From contig OY970208.1 of the NCBI GenBank assembly GCA_963713865.1, forward strand, positions 32,001 through 96,000: a DNA stretch of 64,000 nucleotides, read 5' to 3'. Both the position numbers and the translations under genes were made by a program. A model generated the notes under the pieces. It saw only the letters and a list, made by a program, of their open reading frames with translations. It did not search any database and was not told the DNA's origin. Source of the DNA: an uncultured candidate division Zixibacteria bacterium. GTDB taxonomy: Bacteria > Zixibacteria > MSB-5A5 > RBG-16-43-9. Below, one piece after another: positions 30,180 to 40,891 of this stretch; position 1 is the stretch's first letter; each line of letters begins with the position of its first letter.

Positions 30180-32141
30180 TTAACTTGTACATTTTTGTCT
30201 AAAAGAGACAGACCTAAGATATTTTTGAAAATCATTTTTGTTACCTAAATTCATTAAACCTTCTTTTTTTGTATATTTGTTAGATTCCAAATGTGCTTCT
30301 GGTAAGTAATTAAGAAAGTCATGTTCTTTTATTGATCCTCCACATTTTAACGCTGTTATGATATGGAGGCTTTTTCTAGCACGCCCCATGGCGACATAAA
30401 AAGCATTTGTTGTTGTATATTTCATATTGCAGTCATCACAACCCACTATTATTACATGGTCTGCTGATAATCCTTTTGAACTAACTATGGTCATCATCTC
30501 AATTGCATTCATTCTGCTGATTTCTCTAACATCAGCACTTATTTCTTCAATACTTTCCAGTTCTTCTTTAGCTTTCTTAATACACCAATGTTCAATGTCT
30601 TTTTTTAGGTGGTCTCTATTACTTATAGATATATGTTCTGAAAGAATATCGATCTTTTTGTCTAAAGAGATTTTGCAATTATCAAGAATCTTTTTGATAT
30701 TTTCACATTTATTCAATATGTTTTTTACCTTTTCACTGTCTATTTTACAAAAGTCTATTTCATTTTGAGTTGTCTTTATAATTAATTCATATACCTGTTT
30801 AATAGTATATTTCTCATGGTATAATACTTTTCTAAAAAGAAAATTATCCTGCGTTTGATCCACCAGTGAATAATAATCTAAAATCTTATAAAAATCTTCA
30901 GAAAATTCTCTTGTTTCAACTTTGTAGTCTGCAATAATCTGATGAATTTCTTCTTTAAACTTTCCAAAGAAATCAATCTTCTTATCTGGCGTTAAAATAA
31001 GTAAGAAAGCATCTTTTTCTTTTTCATTTTCTAAGTTTGTTTTTCTCTCATCAATCTCCCCCTTATGTTCCGCAATAAAACACTTTATATAGTGAACTGC
31101 ACTGGAAGGTGTAGCACAAGCCACTAATTGAACTTTTTGTACATTTTGGTTTATTTTGCAAGGTAAAAAAATCTTTTCGATTCGATTTGGATCACTAAAT
31201 TGCTGAATAAAATAAGCCACTGTTTTTGTAATATGAAAACTATTCCTGCTACAAAAAGGTAACATTGCTTTTGCAAAATCTTCATTTTTGTAAAGTTCTC
31301 GTATCAAAGCGGCTCTTCCGCATTTAAGTCTTTCATAAAGAACTTGGTCATCGTCTCCCACAATAAGTAATCCTTCAGAGTTTTTAACTAATTGACGAAT
31401 CAAGCTATTTTCTGCCGAGTTAAAATCTTGATATTCATCGATAATAAAAAAATTGTCTTCATTAAGTTGGCTATTTTCTTCTAAAGCAACCCTCGCTCTT
31501 ATTATTAAGTCTGCAAAACCTGTAGCATTGTAAAATTTACATAACTCAAAATATGTCTGTCTTAATCGTTGCCATTCCACTGATTGGTTAAATTCGTTAT
31601 TATATAATTGCTCCTTAAATTTCTTAAAGTTGTAATCATTCTGATCAAGTTTAGGATGAAATGCAAGCACATCTTCCCAGACAATTTTTTCCCATGTTGG
31701 TCCTGTTATTATTTTGAAATAAGTTTTAAATGGCCACTCAGATGTTCCACAATTTTTTTCGACAATACTACGCGCAAATTTGTGTAACGTAAATACTGTA
31801 ATTTGCTTTTTCTGCTTATCAGTTAGCTCCTGTTCCTTGTTTATGGCACCATTTAAATCCTCTGCCAGTTTTTTAACAAAAGTTGTGACAAAAACCTTAG
31901 CGTCTGGATTTTTCTTAAGCCAATATTTAATCCGGTCTAAAAACAGAAGTGTTTTACCTGTCCCAGGTCCTGAAACAATTAATAATTTTTGAGACTTAGT
32001 TTCTGCAATGGATTTACGATTCTTATCTCTAAAATTTTTTCGCTCTGTTTCTTCAAGTTGGTCTAATTGATTGCTTATCTTTTCTAATTCTTGTGGATTA
32101 AACGGGGTACCATCTTCTTTAATTGGAGGTTGTAGATTCAT
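30180..32141 (-). CDS. Superfamily-1 (UvrD/Rep-like) helicase, AT-rich
   Basis: SGPGTGKT, IIDEYQD, VGDDDQ, SKGLSAD, FYVAMGRARK. Confidence 0.82.
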   Translation of the reverse strand: MNLQPPIKEDGTPFNPQELEKISNQLDQLEETERKNFRDKNRKSIAETKSQKLLIVSGPGTGKTLLFLDRIKYWLKKNPDAKVFVTTFVKKLAEDLNGAINKEQELTDKQKKQITVFTLHKFARSIVEKNCGTSEWPFKTYFKIITGPTWEKIVWEDVLAFHPKLDQNDYNFKKFKEQLYNNEFNQSVEWQRLRQTYFELCKFYNATGFADLIIRARVALEENSQLNEDNFFIIDEYQDFNSAENSLIRQLVKNSEGLLIVGDDDQVLYERLKCGRAALIRELYKNEDFAKAMLPFCSRNSFHITKTVAYFIQQFSDPNRIEKIFLPCKINQNVQKVQLVACATPSSAVHYIKCFIAEHKGEIDERKTNLENEKEKDAFLLILTPDKKIDFFGKFKEEIHQIIADYKVETREFSEDFYKILDYYSLVDQTQDNFLFRKVLYHEKYTIKQVYELIIKTTQNEIDFCKIDSEKVKNILNKCENIKKILDNCKISLDKKIDILSEHISISNRDHLKKDIEHWCIKKAKEELESIEEISADVREISRMNAIEMMTIVSSKGLSADHVIIVGCDDCNMKYTTTNAFYVAMGRARKSLHIITALKCGGSIKEHDFLNYLPEAHLESNKYTKKEGLMNLGNKNDFQKYLRSVSFRQKCTS

Positions 32142-32189
32142 TCTATGTTATAATCTTTTAAATAATTAGAGACGCATGGCTATGCGTCT

Positions 32190-33716
32190 CTACGAAAGAA
32201 TCAAATTTTCCCCATCCATCTCCGCAGGTTTTTCTATCCCCATCAGATACAAAATCGTGGGAGCTACATCTGCTAATATCCCTTTTTCTCTCAATTTTCC
32301 TTTGAAATCATTTCTCACCAGTATAAAGGGAACCAAATTTGTAGTATGAGCGGTAAAAGGCTCTCCATTGCTATAATCCACCATCATCTCCGCATTACCG
32401 TGGTCTGAGGTAACCATTGCTATACCATCCACTTTTTGTACTGCCTCAACAACTCTTCCCACACAGGTATCCACTGCCTCTATTGCCTTTATAGCCGCCT
32501 CTAAGAATCCGGTATGCCCTACCATATCCGGATTTGCATAATTCAAAAGTATAAAATCATATTTTTTTGAATCAATCTCCTGAACAACTTTATCCGTCAC
32601 CTCATAAGCACTCATTTCCGGTTTTAAATCATAAGTTGGAACTTTGGGTGAATGAATCAAAATCCTATCCTCCCCTTCAAAAGGTTTCTCCTCGCCTCCA
32701 TTGAAGAAGAAAGTAACGTGAGCATATTTCTCAGTCTCCGCAATGCGTAATTGCCTCAAACCTTTTCGGGACAAAACCTCGGGCAGAATATTTTTGAGCT
32801 TAACTGGTGGAAAAGCCACATGAACTTTGAGCTTTTCATCATACTGAGTCAACGTTACCAGATAAATGGATAAATTACTTCTTTTATCAAATTCTTTGAA
32901 ATCTTTTTCAGTTAGAACATAGGAAAGTTGTCTGGCTCTATCCGCTCTGAAGTTAAAAAATATTCCCACATCATTCTCTTTTATCCTGCCTGAAAGAGGA
33001 TTAGGATCATAAGATACTACAATTGGCTTTATGAACTCATCCGTTACTCCTTCCTTATAAGACTCCTCTATTGCCTTAACCGGATCAGAGGTCAGCTTCC
33101 CTTCACCACAAACCATAGCCCGAAATGCTTTTTCTATTCTTTCCCATCTATTATCCCGGTCCATTGCATAATATCTTCCCACTATAGTCGAAAGTGTACC
33201 AATTCCAAACTTCTGAAATTTTACCAAAAGCTCCCTGATATATTCTTTCCCAGCAAAAGGAGAGGTATCCCTCCCGTCCATAAAAGCATGCAGGTAAACT
33301 TTTTCTACTCCCTTCTCCCTGGCTAACTTTAAAAGAGCATAAAGATGATTCAAAGAGCTGTGCACTCCCCCATCTGAGACCAAGCCCATCAGGTGCAAAG
33401 AGGAATTATTATCCCTGACCTTATTCATTGCCTCTAACAGAACTTTATTTTCAAAAAAAGAACCTTCCTTTATTGCTTTGTCAATTCTGGTAATCTCCTG
33501 ATATACTACTCTGCCCGCACCGAAATTCAGATGCCCCACCTCGCTGTTCCCCATCTGCCCTTCTGGAAGACCAACGTCCAGACCTGAGGCACCTAAAACT
33601 GTATTTGGATAGCTAACAAAGAGCCGGTCTAAATTTGGTTTTTTTGCCAGAGCAATGGCATTCCCCTCTTTTTTGTTATTTAAACCGTAGCCATCCATTA
33701 TCAGAAGCAGAATCAT
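32190..33716 (-). CDS. gpmI: 2,3-bisphosphoglycerate-independent phosphoglycerate mutase
   Basis: MDGYG, GQMGNSEVGH, GRYYAMDRD, ETEKYAHVT, DMVGHTG, SDHGNAE. Confidence 0.97.
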   Translation of the reverse strand: MILLLIMDGYGLNNKKEGNAIALAKKPNLDRLFVSYPNTVLGASGLDVGLPEGQMGNSEVGHLNFGAGRVVYQEITRIDKAIKEGSFFENKVLLEAMNKVRDNNSSLHLMGLVSDGGVHSSLNHLYALLKLAREKGVEKVYLHAFMDGRDTSPFAGKEYIRELLVKFQKFGIGTLSTIVGRYYAMDRDNRWERIEKAFRAMVCGEGKLTSDPVKAIEESYKEGVTDEFIKPIVVSYDPNPLSGRIKENDVGIFFNFRADRARQLSYVLTEKDFKEFDKRSNLSIYLVTLTQYDEKLKVHVAFPPVKLKNILPEVLSRKGLRQLRIAETEKYAHVTFFFNGGEEKPFEGEDRILIHSPKVPTYDLKPEMSAYEVTDKVVQEIDSKKYDFILLNYANPDMVGHTGFLEAAIKAIEAVDTCVGRVVEAVQKVDGIAMVTSDHGNAEMMVDYSNGEPFTAHTTNLVPFILVRNDFKGKLREKGILADVAPTILYLMGIEKPAEMDGENLILS

Positions 33717-34769
33717 CTTTTCACCTTTTCAAGATTAGTTAATATTACATCTCTTTCCCCCGAAACAACCTTGCCAATCTCAAAAACTTTCTCTCTACTC
33801 CTTTGTAATTCTTTTTTAATCTTTTTTATATTATTTTTAGACACAACCAGAATAAGACCAATCCCCATATTGAAAACCCTGAACATCTCTATATTTTCTA
33901 TATTCCCTAATCTCTGAATGAAATTAAAAATCGGAAGAATTCTCCAGGACGAAGCATCTATCCTTGCCTGGCAGCCTTCTGGCAATATTCTGATTAGATT
34001 ACCTGGAATCCCTCCACCGGTTATATGAGCCATCCCCTTGATTTGGTACTTCTCTAAGACCTTGAAAATTGGTCTGGCATAAGAACGATGAACTTTGAGA
34101 AGCTCTTCTCCAATTGTATTCTTTAATTCTTTCACATAATCAGCAATTCCGTATTTTCCGATTTCAAATATAATTTTGCGGGCCAATGAATAACCGTTAG
34201 TATGCAGACCATTTGAACCCAGAACCTAAAATTAAATCTCCATGAACAATTTTTGAACCATCGATTATTTTCCCCCTCTCCACTATTCCTACAATACAGC
34301 CAGCCAGATCATACTCTTCTGGTTTATAGAAATCTGGCATCTCTGCGGTCTCCCCACCGATAAGAGAGCAGTTATTTTTTTTACATCCCCGAACCAGCCC
34401 TTTGACTATTTCTTCTATAATTGACGGAGAAAGTTTACCAGTTGCGATATAGTCTAAAAAAAATAACGGTTTAGCATTATGAACCAGAATATCATTGACA
34501 CAGTGATTTACTAAGTCTTCTCCAACAGAATCATTCTTTCCCATCTTGAAAGCGATTTTTAATTTAGTCCCAACTCCATCTACACTTGACACTAAGACCG
34601 GGTCTTTATATCCCTTCTGAGGAAAAGCATAAAATCCACCAAAACTACCTATATCAGTCAAGACATTTTTACTAAAGGTTGAGCGAACTAAGTTTTTAAT
34701 TTTTTTCTTAGCCAAATCAGCCTTATCAATGTCCACCCCTGATGTTTTATAATCAATTTTCTTTTCCAT
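33713..34769 (-). CDS. purM: Phosphoribosylformylglycinamidine cyclo-ligase, one extra T at ~34223
   Basis: DGVGTK, GGETAEMP, AHITGGG, FNMGIG; removing one T restores GLGSNGLHTNGYSLARK. Confidence 0.93.
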
Positions 34770-34797
34770 ATTTTCTAAATCCTCATCTCAACAAATT

Positions 34798-34912
34798 CCC
34801 TCTCCCCTTGTGGGAGAGGGTTAGGGAGAGGGGAATAAAAATGATATCACCTCCCCCTCCTCTACGAGCCGTTCCGCCAGTGGCGGATTATCGGCTATCA
34901 AGGGAGAGGATA
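34798..34912. repeat. CCCTCTCCC...GGGAGAGGG palindrome family
   Basis: Also at ~14381, ~56718, ~62832-62897. Confidence 0.8.
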
Positions 34913-34928
34913 TAGACGTTCATCCAAT

Positions 34929-35588
34929 TTAGAGCAACCTCTGTCCATTGATTTCTAATTCAAACCTCATTTTAAGATATTCTGCTGCCCGTCTGCAAAC
35001 CACCATACGGGACAAGAAGATCTCAAAATATTCCATTACCTGGGAAACAGAGGTGTCGATTTTTATCTCTAAGGAGATAGTCTTCTTCTCTTCATCTACT
35101 CGTAAAAAAGAGCTTTTAGCCGCATAATTCACCCGGTCATGAATGTCCTGCTTTATCATCTCAAGGTTTCTAACCCTGGAGCTGTGCACATCCGATTTGT
35201 CAGCTAAAATAATTGACGCACAGATATCACTTACCGGCTGACCATCCCTTTCATCATGATTCCCAATCGCGGCTACCACCTCTATAACATCAGAATAAGG
35301 CACTCCCATATCTAAAAGTATCTGATAAGCTAAAAGGGCACCGGTTTGGGCATGATAATCCCGGTTAATCACATTCCCGATATCGTGCAGATAGGCGGCT
35401 ATAGCGGCTAAATGAGCTTCTTTTTCAGGCTTTTTCAAGCGAATCATAATATTATAAGCGATATTGGCGGATAAACTGGCATGCCTTGAACCATGCTCCG
35501 TATAGCCAATCTCCCCCAGGAACTTATCCGCTTTGGCAATCAGAGTTTTAACTTTCTCGTTCTGCTTGAGGTCTTCTATGGTTATCAT
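34929..35588 (-). CDS. HD-domain phosphohydrolase
   Basis: GYTEH, LHDIGN, GNHDE, ILADKSDV. Confidence 0.85.
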   Translation of the reverse strand: MITIEDLKQNEKVKTLIAKADKFLGEIGYTEHGSRHASLSANIAYNIMIRLKKPEKEAHLAAIAAYLHDIGNVINRDYHAQTGALLAYQILLDMGVPYSDVIEVVAAIGNHDERDGQPVSDICASIILADKSDVHSSRVRNLEMIKQDIHDRVNYAAKSSFLRVDEEKKTISLEIKIDTSVSQVMEYFEIFLSRMVVCRRAAEYLKMRFELEINGQRLL

Positions 35589-35781
35589 AATATCTACTCC
35601 TTAAAGTTTCTAACTTAACCAGATGTAAAATTTTTGTCAAGGGTAAATCACATTATTCTCTTCCTCTCAATAAGTCGCGTAACCGTCCCACCGTCTGGCG
35701 GGATTAGGGCTCGGAAGCAGAGGCCTAATCCGCCCGAGGCGGACTGCTACGCGTGCTTGATAATACGGTTTAGCTGCATAA

Positions 35782-38259
35782 TTACATTATCTCTAAAGGG
35801 TCTATATCAATAGAAATTTTCACTCCAGAATAATTCTTATCAAATCCTTTATCCAGAATCAAATCGATTTTCTGAGTAACCACTCTAACATTTCTGGTTT
35901 TTATCAAAATCTGAAAACGGTAATCATCTTTAATCTTAGCAAGAGGTGCAGGTGCAGGTCCCAAAATCTCAAACTTTAACCTGCAGCCTTTAGACTTTAG
36001 ACTGTCCGATAACTCACTCCCAAAAAACTCAGCTACCTTTTGGACTTTATTCTCCTCTTTCCCCTGAACCCGGATTAAAATCAACCTGCTGAAAGGAGGA
36101 TAGAGAAGTTCTTCTCTTTCTTTTATCTCCCTTTTATAAAAATCAAGATAATTCTGCCCAGCCGAAAGTTTAATGGTCCAATCCTCAGGATAATAAGTTT
36201 GAAAGACAACTTCACCCCCTAATTTTCCTCTCCCAGCTCTTCCCGCCACCTGAGTCAGAAGCTGAAAAGTTCTTTCTCTGGCTCTGAAATCTGGAAAATC
36301 TAAAGAAGTATCTGCTGATATCACTCCCACCAAAGTCACATCTGGAAAATCAAGCCCCTTGGTCACCATCTGAGTGCCTAAAAGAAGACTAAAATCCTTG
36401 GAAGCAAAACTCTTAAGGATCTCCCGGTGGGAATCTTTTCTATGAGTTGTATCTTGATCCATCCTGCGTATAGCAACTGTTGGAAAAAGTTTATTAATCT
36501 CCTCCTCGATTCTCTGAGTCCCCACACCTTTATAGGCAAGCCTGCTCCCTTTACATTCAGGACAGAGTGAACTTGCCTGGATTTTATAGTTGCAATAATG
36601 ACAGCGTAAAGAGAAATCGATGCGGTGAAAGTTTAAGGTTATATCGCAGTGCGGGCAGTGATAGATATAACCGCACTCCTCGCACTTGACGAAATTTGAG
36701 AATCCTCTCCGGTTTAAGAACAGGATAACCTGCTCTCCTTTTTCTATCTTTCTTTTCATCTGAGAGGAAAGCTCAGAAGAAAATATAGTGTAGTTCCCTT
36801 TTTTCCTCTCCTCTTTTAGATCCAGAATCTTCACCGGGGGAAGAGGTTTTTGATCTACCCTCTGACTCAACTGCAGAAGAGTATACTTACCTATTTTAGC
36901 ATTATAGAAGCTTTCTAAACTCGGGGTGGCTGAGCCAAGCACAACCAGAGCTTTATTCATCTTTCCTCTAACTAAAGCCAAATCACGGGCATTATACTTG
37001 GGATCTGGCTCTTTCTGCTTGTAGGAAAAATCCTGCTCCTCATCCACTACGATTACCCCTAAATTCGAAAGTGGTGAGAAAATAGCTGACCTGGTCCCAA
37101 CTACCACTTTTATCTTACCGCTTTTAACCCCTCTCCAGGCATCAAATCTTTCCCCCGGAGATAAGCTGGAATGATACGAGCCCACACTTTCCCCAAAAAC
37201 AGATTTGAAGCGGAAGATAATCTGAGGGGTCAAGGAGATCTCCGGAACTAAAACCAGAGCGGTTTTCCCTTTATCTAAACCTTTTTTTATAATCTCTATG
37301 TAGATTTGCGTTTTCCCGCTACCGGTTACTCCATACAGTAGAAAAGGATGATATTTCTCCTCATTAAAAGACTCCTCTAATTTTTCTACTACCTCTCTTT
37401 GTTCCTGATTTAGAGAAAATTCCTGGTTAAAATCTACATCCATCCCCCACTGAGGTTCTCTCAATTGTTCCCGGTATAAAGATTTAATCAATCCCTTCTT
37501 TTCCAACCGATCCAGAATCCGGGATGCTCCCTTTATCTTTTGGCTCAGTTCACTTAAAGATATTTCCCTGTTCTCTTTCATCAAAAATTCAAGAAAAAAA
37601 GCATCTCCTGGTGATTTCTTCTTGATGGTTTTGATATAGGTCTCAATAAGACTTTTTTCTTCACCAGGATCTTCTTTTAAGGAAACCATCTTCTCATATT
37701 TTGTGCTAACTCTTGGCCTGCTCAGCTCATAATAGAACTGCACTTTTCCTCTTTTCTCTAAAGAATGAAGAGCAGAATATATCCCTTTTAAGCCTACTTT
37801 TCTCTCTAAAGAAGTTAAATTCTGAGGACTTTTACTAACAAGGGCATTCAGGAGTTTTTTCTCTTTTAGAGAGAGTTTAATCTTCTCAGCTTCAGATGTT
37901 AAGAGAGGAATCTCCTTTTTGGAAATCCAGAGAAGATTTCTAACCTGCAGTTCTGAAGGTAATGCGGCTCTAAGACACTCACCCCAGGAAGCAAAATAAT
38001 ACTCTGAGGTCCATCTGGTAAGCTCCAAAATCTCCTGGTTAATTATTGGCTCTTCATCTATTAAGTCTATGATTTCCTTCGTATTTTTTACCTTTGAACT
38101 TGGGACAACATTAACCACAAACCCTAATTTCCTCTCCCTTCCGAAAGGAACTAAAACCCTTTGACCGGGATTGATTTTCTCTTTTAAATTTCCCGGAATA
38201 CTATAAGTAAAAGTTTTCCTCAAAGGGAGAGGAAAAGCTATCTCAGCAAATTCGGACAT
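35782..38259 (-). CDS. priA: Primosomal protein N'
   Basis: GVTGSGKT, VPEISLTPQ, Cys-rich Zn region, RAGR. Confidence 0.96.
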   Translation of the reverse strand: MSEFAEIAFPLPLRKTFTYSIPGNLKEKINPGQRVLVPFGRERKLGFVVNVVPSSKVKNTKEIIDLIDEEPIINQEILELTRWTSEYYFASWGECLRAALPSELQVRNLLWISKKEIPLLTSEAEKIKLSLKEKKLLNALVSKSPQNLTSLERKVGLKGIYSALHSLEKRGKVQFYYELSRPRVSTKYEKMVSLKEDPGEEKSLIETYIKTIKKKSPGDAFFLEFLMKENREISLSELSQKIKGASRILDRLEKKGLIKSLYREQLREPQWGMDVDFNQEFSLNQEQREVVEKLEESFNEEKYHPFLLYGVTGSGKTQIYIEIIKKGLDKGKTALVLVPEISLTPQIIFRFKSVFGESVGSYHSSLSPGERFDAWRGVKSGKIKVVVGTRSAIFSPLSNLGVIVVDEEQDFSYKQKEPDPKYNARDLALVRGKMNKALVVLGSATPSLESFYNAKIGKYTLLQLSQRVDQKPLPPVKILDLKEERKKGNYTIFSSELSSQMKRKIEKGEQVILFLNRRGFSNFVKCEECGYIYHCPHCDITLNFHRIDFSLRCHYCNYKIQASSLCPECKGSRLAYKGVGTQRIEEEINKLFPTVAIRRMDQDTTHRKDSHREILKSFASKDFSLLLGTQMVTKGLDFPDVTLVGVISADTSLDFPDFRARERTFQLLTQVAGRAGRGKLGGEVVFQTYYPEDWTIKLSAGQNYLDFYKREIKEREELLYPPFSRLILIRVQGKEENKVQKVAEFFGSELSDSLKSKGCRLKFEILGPAPAPLAKIKDDYRFQILIKTRNVRVVTQKIDLILDKGFDKNYSGVKISIDIDPLEIM

Positions 38260-38507
38260 GGTTTATTTTTCTAAAAATGTGTTTAATCTATAAGGAAAAT
38301 TCAATTAATCTGTGTAAAAAACAAAAACTTGATTAACCCTTTTGACAGGGTCTTGAACTTTTTCAATATAAATCAAATTAAAATCTTTTGCAAATAAAAT
38401 ACAAAGGACAGAATCCGCCTCAGGCGGATTCTGTCCCTATATTTCCATGATGGCTGAACTCCCTGATATTATTAGAAAAGAAAAAACCTCAGGGTTGAAC
38501 CCTGACG

Positions 38508-39479
38508 CTATATTTCCACAAATTCTTCCCCTAAAATCGAGGCACCAATAAAACCAGCGTCATTACCCAGTTTTGCTTTTACAATCCTCAAGTTCTTGGT
38601 GGCTGATGGGAAAGCTCTATCCTTGACTTCTGCCTTTATGAGTTTAATAAAATTTCTTCCTGAGGCAATGGCTACACCACCGCCTATCACTATGACTTCC
38701 GGATTAAATAGATTCACTGTACTTGAAAGTCCAGCACCTAAGTAGTAGGCTGTTTCCTGAACGACCCTACAAGCAACTTTATCCTTTAACTTTTCAGCAA
38801 AAAATATGTCGATAGCTTTTAATCTGTTCAAATCCCTATTAACCAATTTATAGAGAATAGAGTTTCGCTTCTCTCTTAGAAGCTCTTTTGCCCTCTTGAG
38901 CATCGCAGGCTCAGAAGCATACATTTCCAAACAGCCGTAATTTCCGCAGTTGCATTTAATCCCGTGAAAACAGATGGAGATATGACCCAATTCAGGTCCG
39001 ACAAAGGATGAGCCTCGAAAAAGTTTACCATCCAGGATTATACCACTTCCGATTCCTGTTCCCAGGGTAATGCAGATGCAATTTTTGTAACCTTTAGCTG
39101 AACCGAATTTATATTCAGCCAATGCCATTACATTGGCATCGTTATCTATAAAGACAGGATATTCAAAATATTTTTGGAGATATTTTCTTAGAGCAAAATC
39201 AGCCAGAAAAGGCAGATTTGGAGGTATTCCCACAATCTTCCCTTTTATTATATCAACTGTCCCCGGAACTCCAACTCCAACACTTGATAACTTGATCTTC
39301 CTTTTTCGAGCAAATACAAGTGAGGAATCGATAACTCTTCTTAAATTACTCAAAACCCCTTTTCTATCCAAACCAGAGGATACAAATCCTTTGTTAAGAA
39401 TCCTCCCCGAGGTGGAGACTATTCCATATTTTATATTAGTCCCCCCGATATCCACTCCAATGTTAAATTTCTTTTTCAT
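38508..39479 (-). CDS. ROK family sugar kinase (glucokinase-like)
   Basis: GVDIGGT, NDAN, GTGIGSG, ELGH, CNCGNYGCLE. Confidence 0.9.
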   Translation of the reverse strand: MKKKFNIGVDIGGTNIKYGIVSTSGRILNKGFVSSGLDRKGVLSNLRRVIDSSLVFARKRKIKLSSVGVGVPGTVDIIKGKIVGIPPNLPFLADFALRKYLQKYFEYPVFIDNDANVMALAEYKFGSAKGYKNCICITLGTGIGSGIILDGKLFRGSSFVGPELGHISICFHGIKCNCGNYGCLEMYASEPAMLKRAKELLREKRNSILYKLVNRDLNRLKAIDIFFAEKLKDKVACRVVQETAYYLGAGLSSTVNLFNPEVIVIGGGVAIASGRNFIKLIKAEVKDRAFPSATKNLRIVKAKLGNDAGFIGASILGEEFVEI

Positions 39480-39627
39480 CTAATCTTTTGAACGTAGTGG
39501 TGGTCGATAAAAGCCTTACGACGGCAACGCCGGGCTTCGCTCCCCGTAGGGAGTTTATCTCCGTCCGAAGGTTAAGGGTGGAGACAAGCTCCACCCCTAC
39601 GCGATTATTTCCAAACTTGCTTAAAGA

Positions 39628-40842
39628 TCATCCTTTGATCTTATTATACTCCTCTACCCCTTTGGCTAAAATCCTCATTGCTTTTCTCAAATCCTCTACA
39701 TTTAGAACATAGGCGATCCGGGCTTCATCCTTTCCTATCCCGGGGGTGGCGTAAAACCCCGGACCAGGTGCCACCATCGTAGTAGCTCCATTCAGAGAGA
39801 AATCTGTAAGCATCCATTTAGCGAAATCCTCAACATCTTTTACCGGAAGCTTTGCCATAATGTAAAAAGCACCTGAAGGCTTCTGGCAAATCACGCCCGG
39901 AATTTTCATCAGCTCGGTATAACAGGTATCCCTTCTCCTTTTGTACTCCTCTGCCATAGCCAGGAAATAATCCTCTGGCAGTTTTAATGCACCTATAGCC
40001 CCGTATTGTTCGATGGAAGGGGAACAAAGTCTGGACTGACCTAATTTCAACGCAGTATCCATAACCTCTTTGTTTTTGCTCACCAAACAGCCAATCCGGG
40101 CACCGCAGGCACTATACCTTTTGGAAATCGAATCCAAGAGTATTGCCCTGTCCTCTATCCCTTCTATGTTCATTATGCTGGTATGAATACCTTCATAGAT
40201 GAACTCTCGGTAGACCTCATCTGAAAGCACGAAGAGGTCATATTTTTTAGCCAGCTCCACTATAGTCTCCATCTCCTCTCTGGTATAAACCGTACCCGTA
40301 GGATTATTGGGAGAAGCAAATAGAATACCTTTTGTTTTTGAAGTTATCTTTTTCTCGATTATCTTTTTGTCAGGCAAATGGAAACCAAACTCAGCTTTAG
40401 TGGGAACCGGGACTAAATTTATATCCGCCATCCGGGCTAAGCTATTATAATTGGTATAGAAAGGCTCAAATACAATAATCTCCTCTCCCACATCCGAAAT
40501 ACAGATTATGGAGAAGATTAAAGCCTCACTCCCCCCGGTAGTTATCTGGATATTCTCCGGTTTAACCAGGATATTTTTCCGACCGTAATATTCCACCATC
40601 CCCTGGATAAGTCTTAAATCCCCTTTGGAGTTACCATATTCCAGGACCTTGTTGGGATAATTCTTAACCGCATTCATAAACTCGACCGGCGTAGGGATGT
40701 CCGGCTGACCAATGTTCAGATGGTAAACCTTAACTCCCTTCTTCTTAGCCTCATCTGATAGAGGGATAAGTTTTCTTATTGGAGAAGCAGGCATCTCCTT
40801 TCCCCTTTTGGACACCTTAAGTTTTGAAAAAGACATATACAC
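39628..40842 (-). CDS. PLP-dependent class I/II aminotransferase (aspartate aminotransferase-like)
   Basis: NIGQPD, SPNNPTG, SDEVYRE, SISKRYSACGARIG. Confidence 0.9.
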   Translation of the reverse strand: MYMSFSKLKVSKRGKEMPASPIRKLIPLSDEAKKKGVKVYHLNIGQPDIPTPVEFMNAVKNYPNKVLEYGNSKGDLRLIQGMVEYYGRKNILVKPENIQITTGGSEALIFSIICISDVGEEIIVFEPFYTNYNSLARMADINLVPVPTKAEFGFHLPDKKIIEKKITSKTKGILFASPNNPTGTVYTREEMETIVELAKKYDLFVLSDEVYREFIYEGIHTSIMNIEGIEDRAILLDSISKRYSACGARIGCLVSKNKEVMDTALKLGQSRLCSPSIEQYGAIGALKLPEDYFLAMAEEYKRRRDTCYTELMKIPGVICQKPSGAFYIMAKLPVKDVEDFAKWMLTDFSLNGATTMVAPGPGFYATPGIGKDEARIAYVLNVEDLRKAMRILAKGVEEYNKIKG

Positions 40843-40891
40843 TCCTTGCTAATCTATAGAATTCCGCATAGTGCCGGAATTTTACTTTAGA

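Noticed and set aside
3205-34769. Split genes mcsB, kinase 2, GNAT and purM as recoding, phase variation or true pseudogenes
   Set aside because: Each is repaired by single-base indels, mostly in 1-3-nt runs, with no slippery or SD signal and no other decay; most consistent with sequencing or assembly error. Read mapping would settle it.
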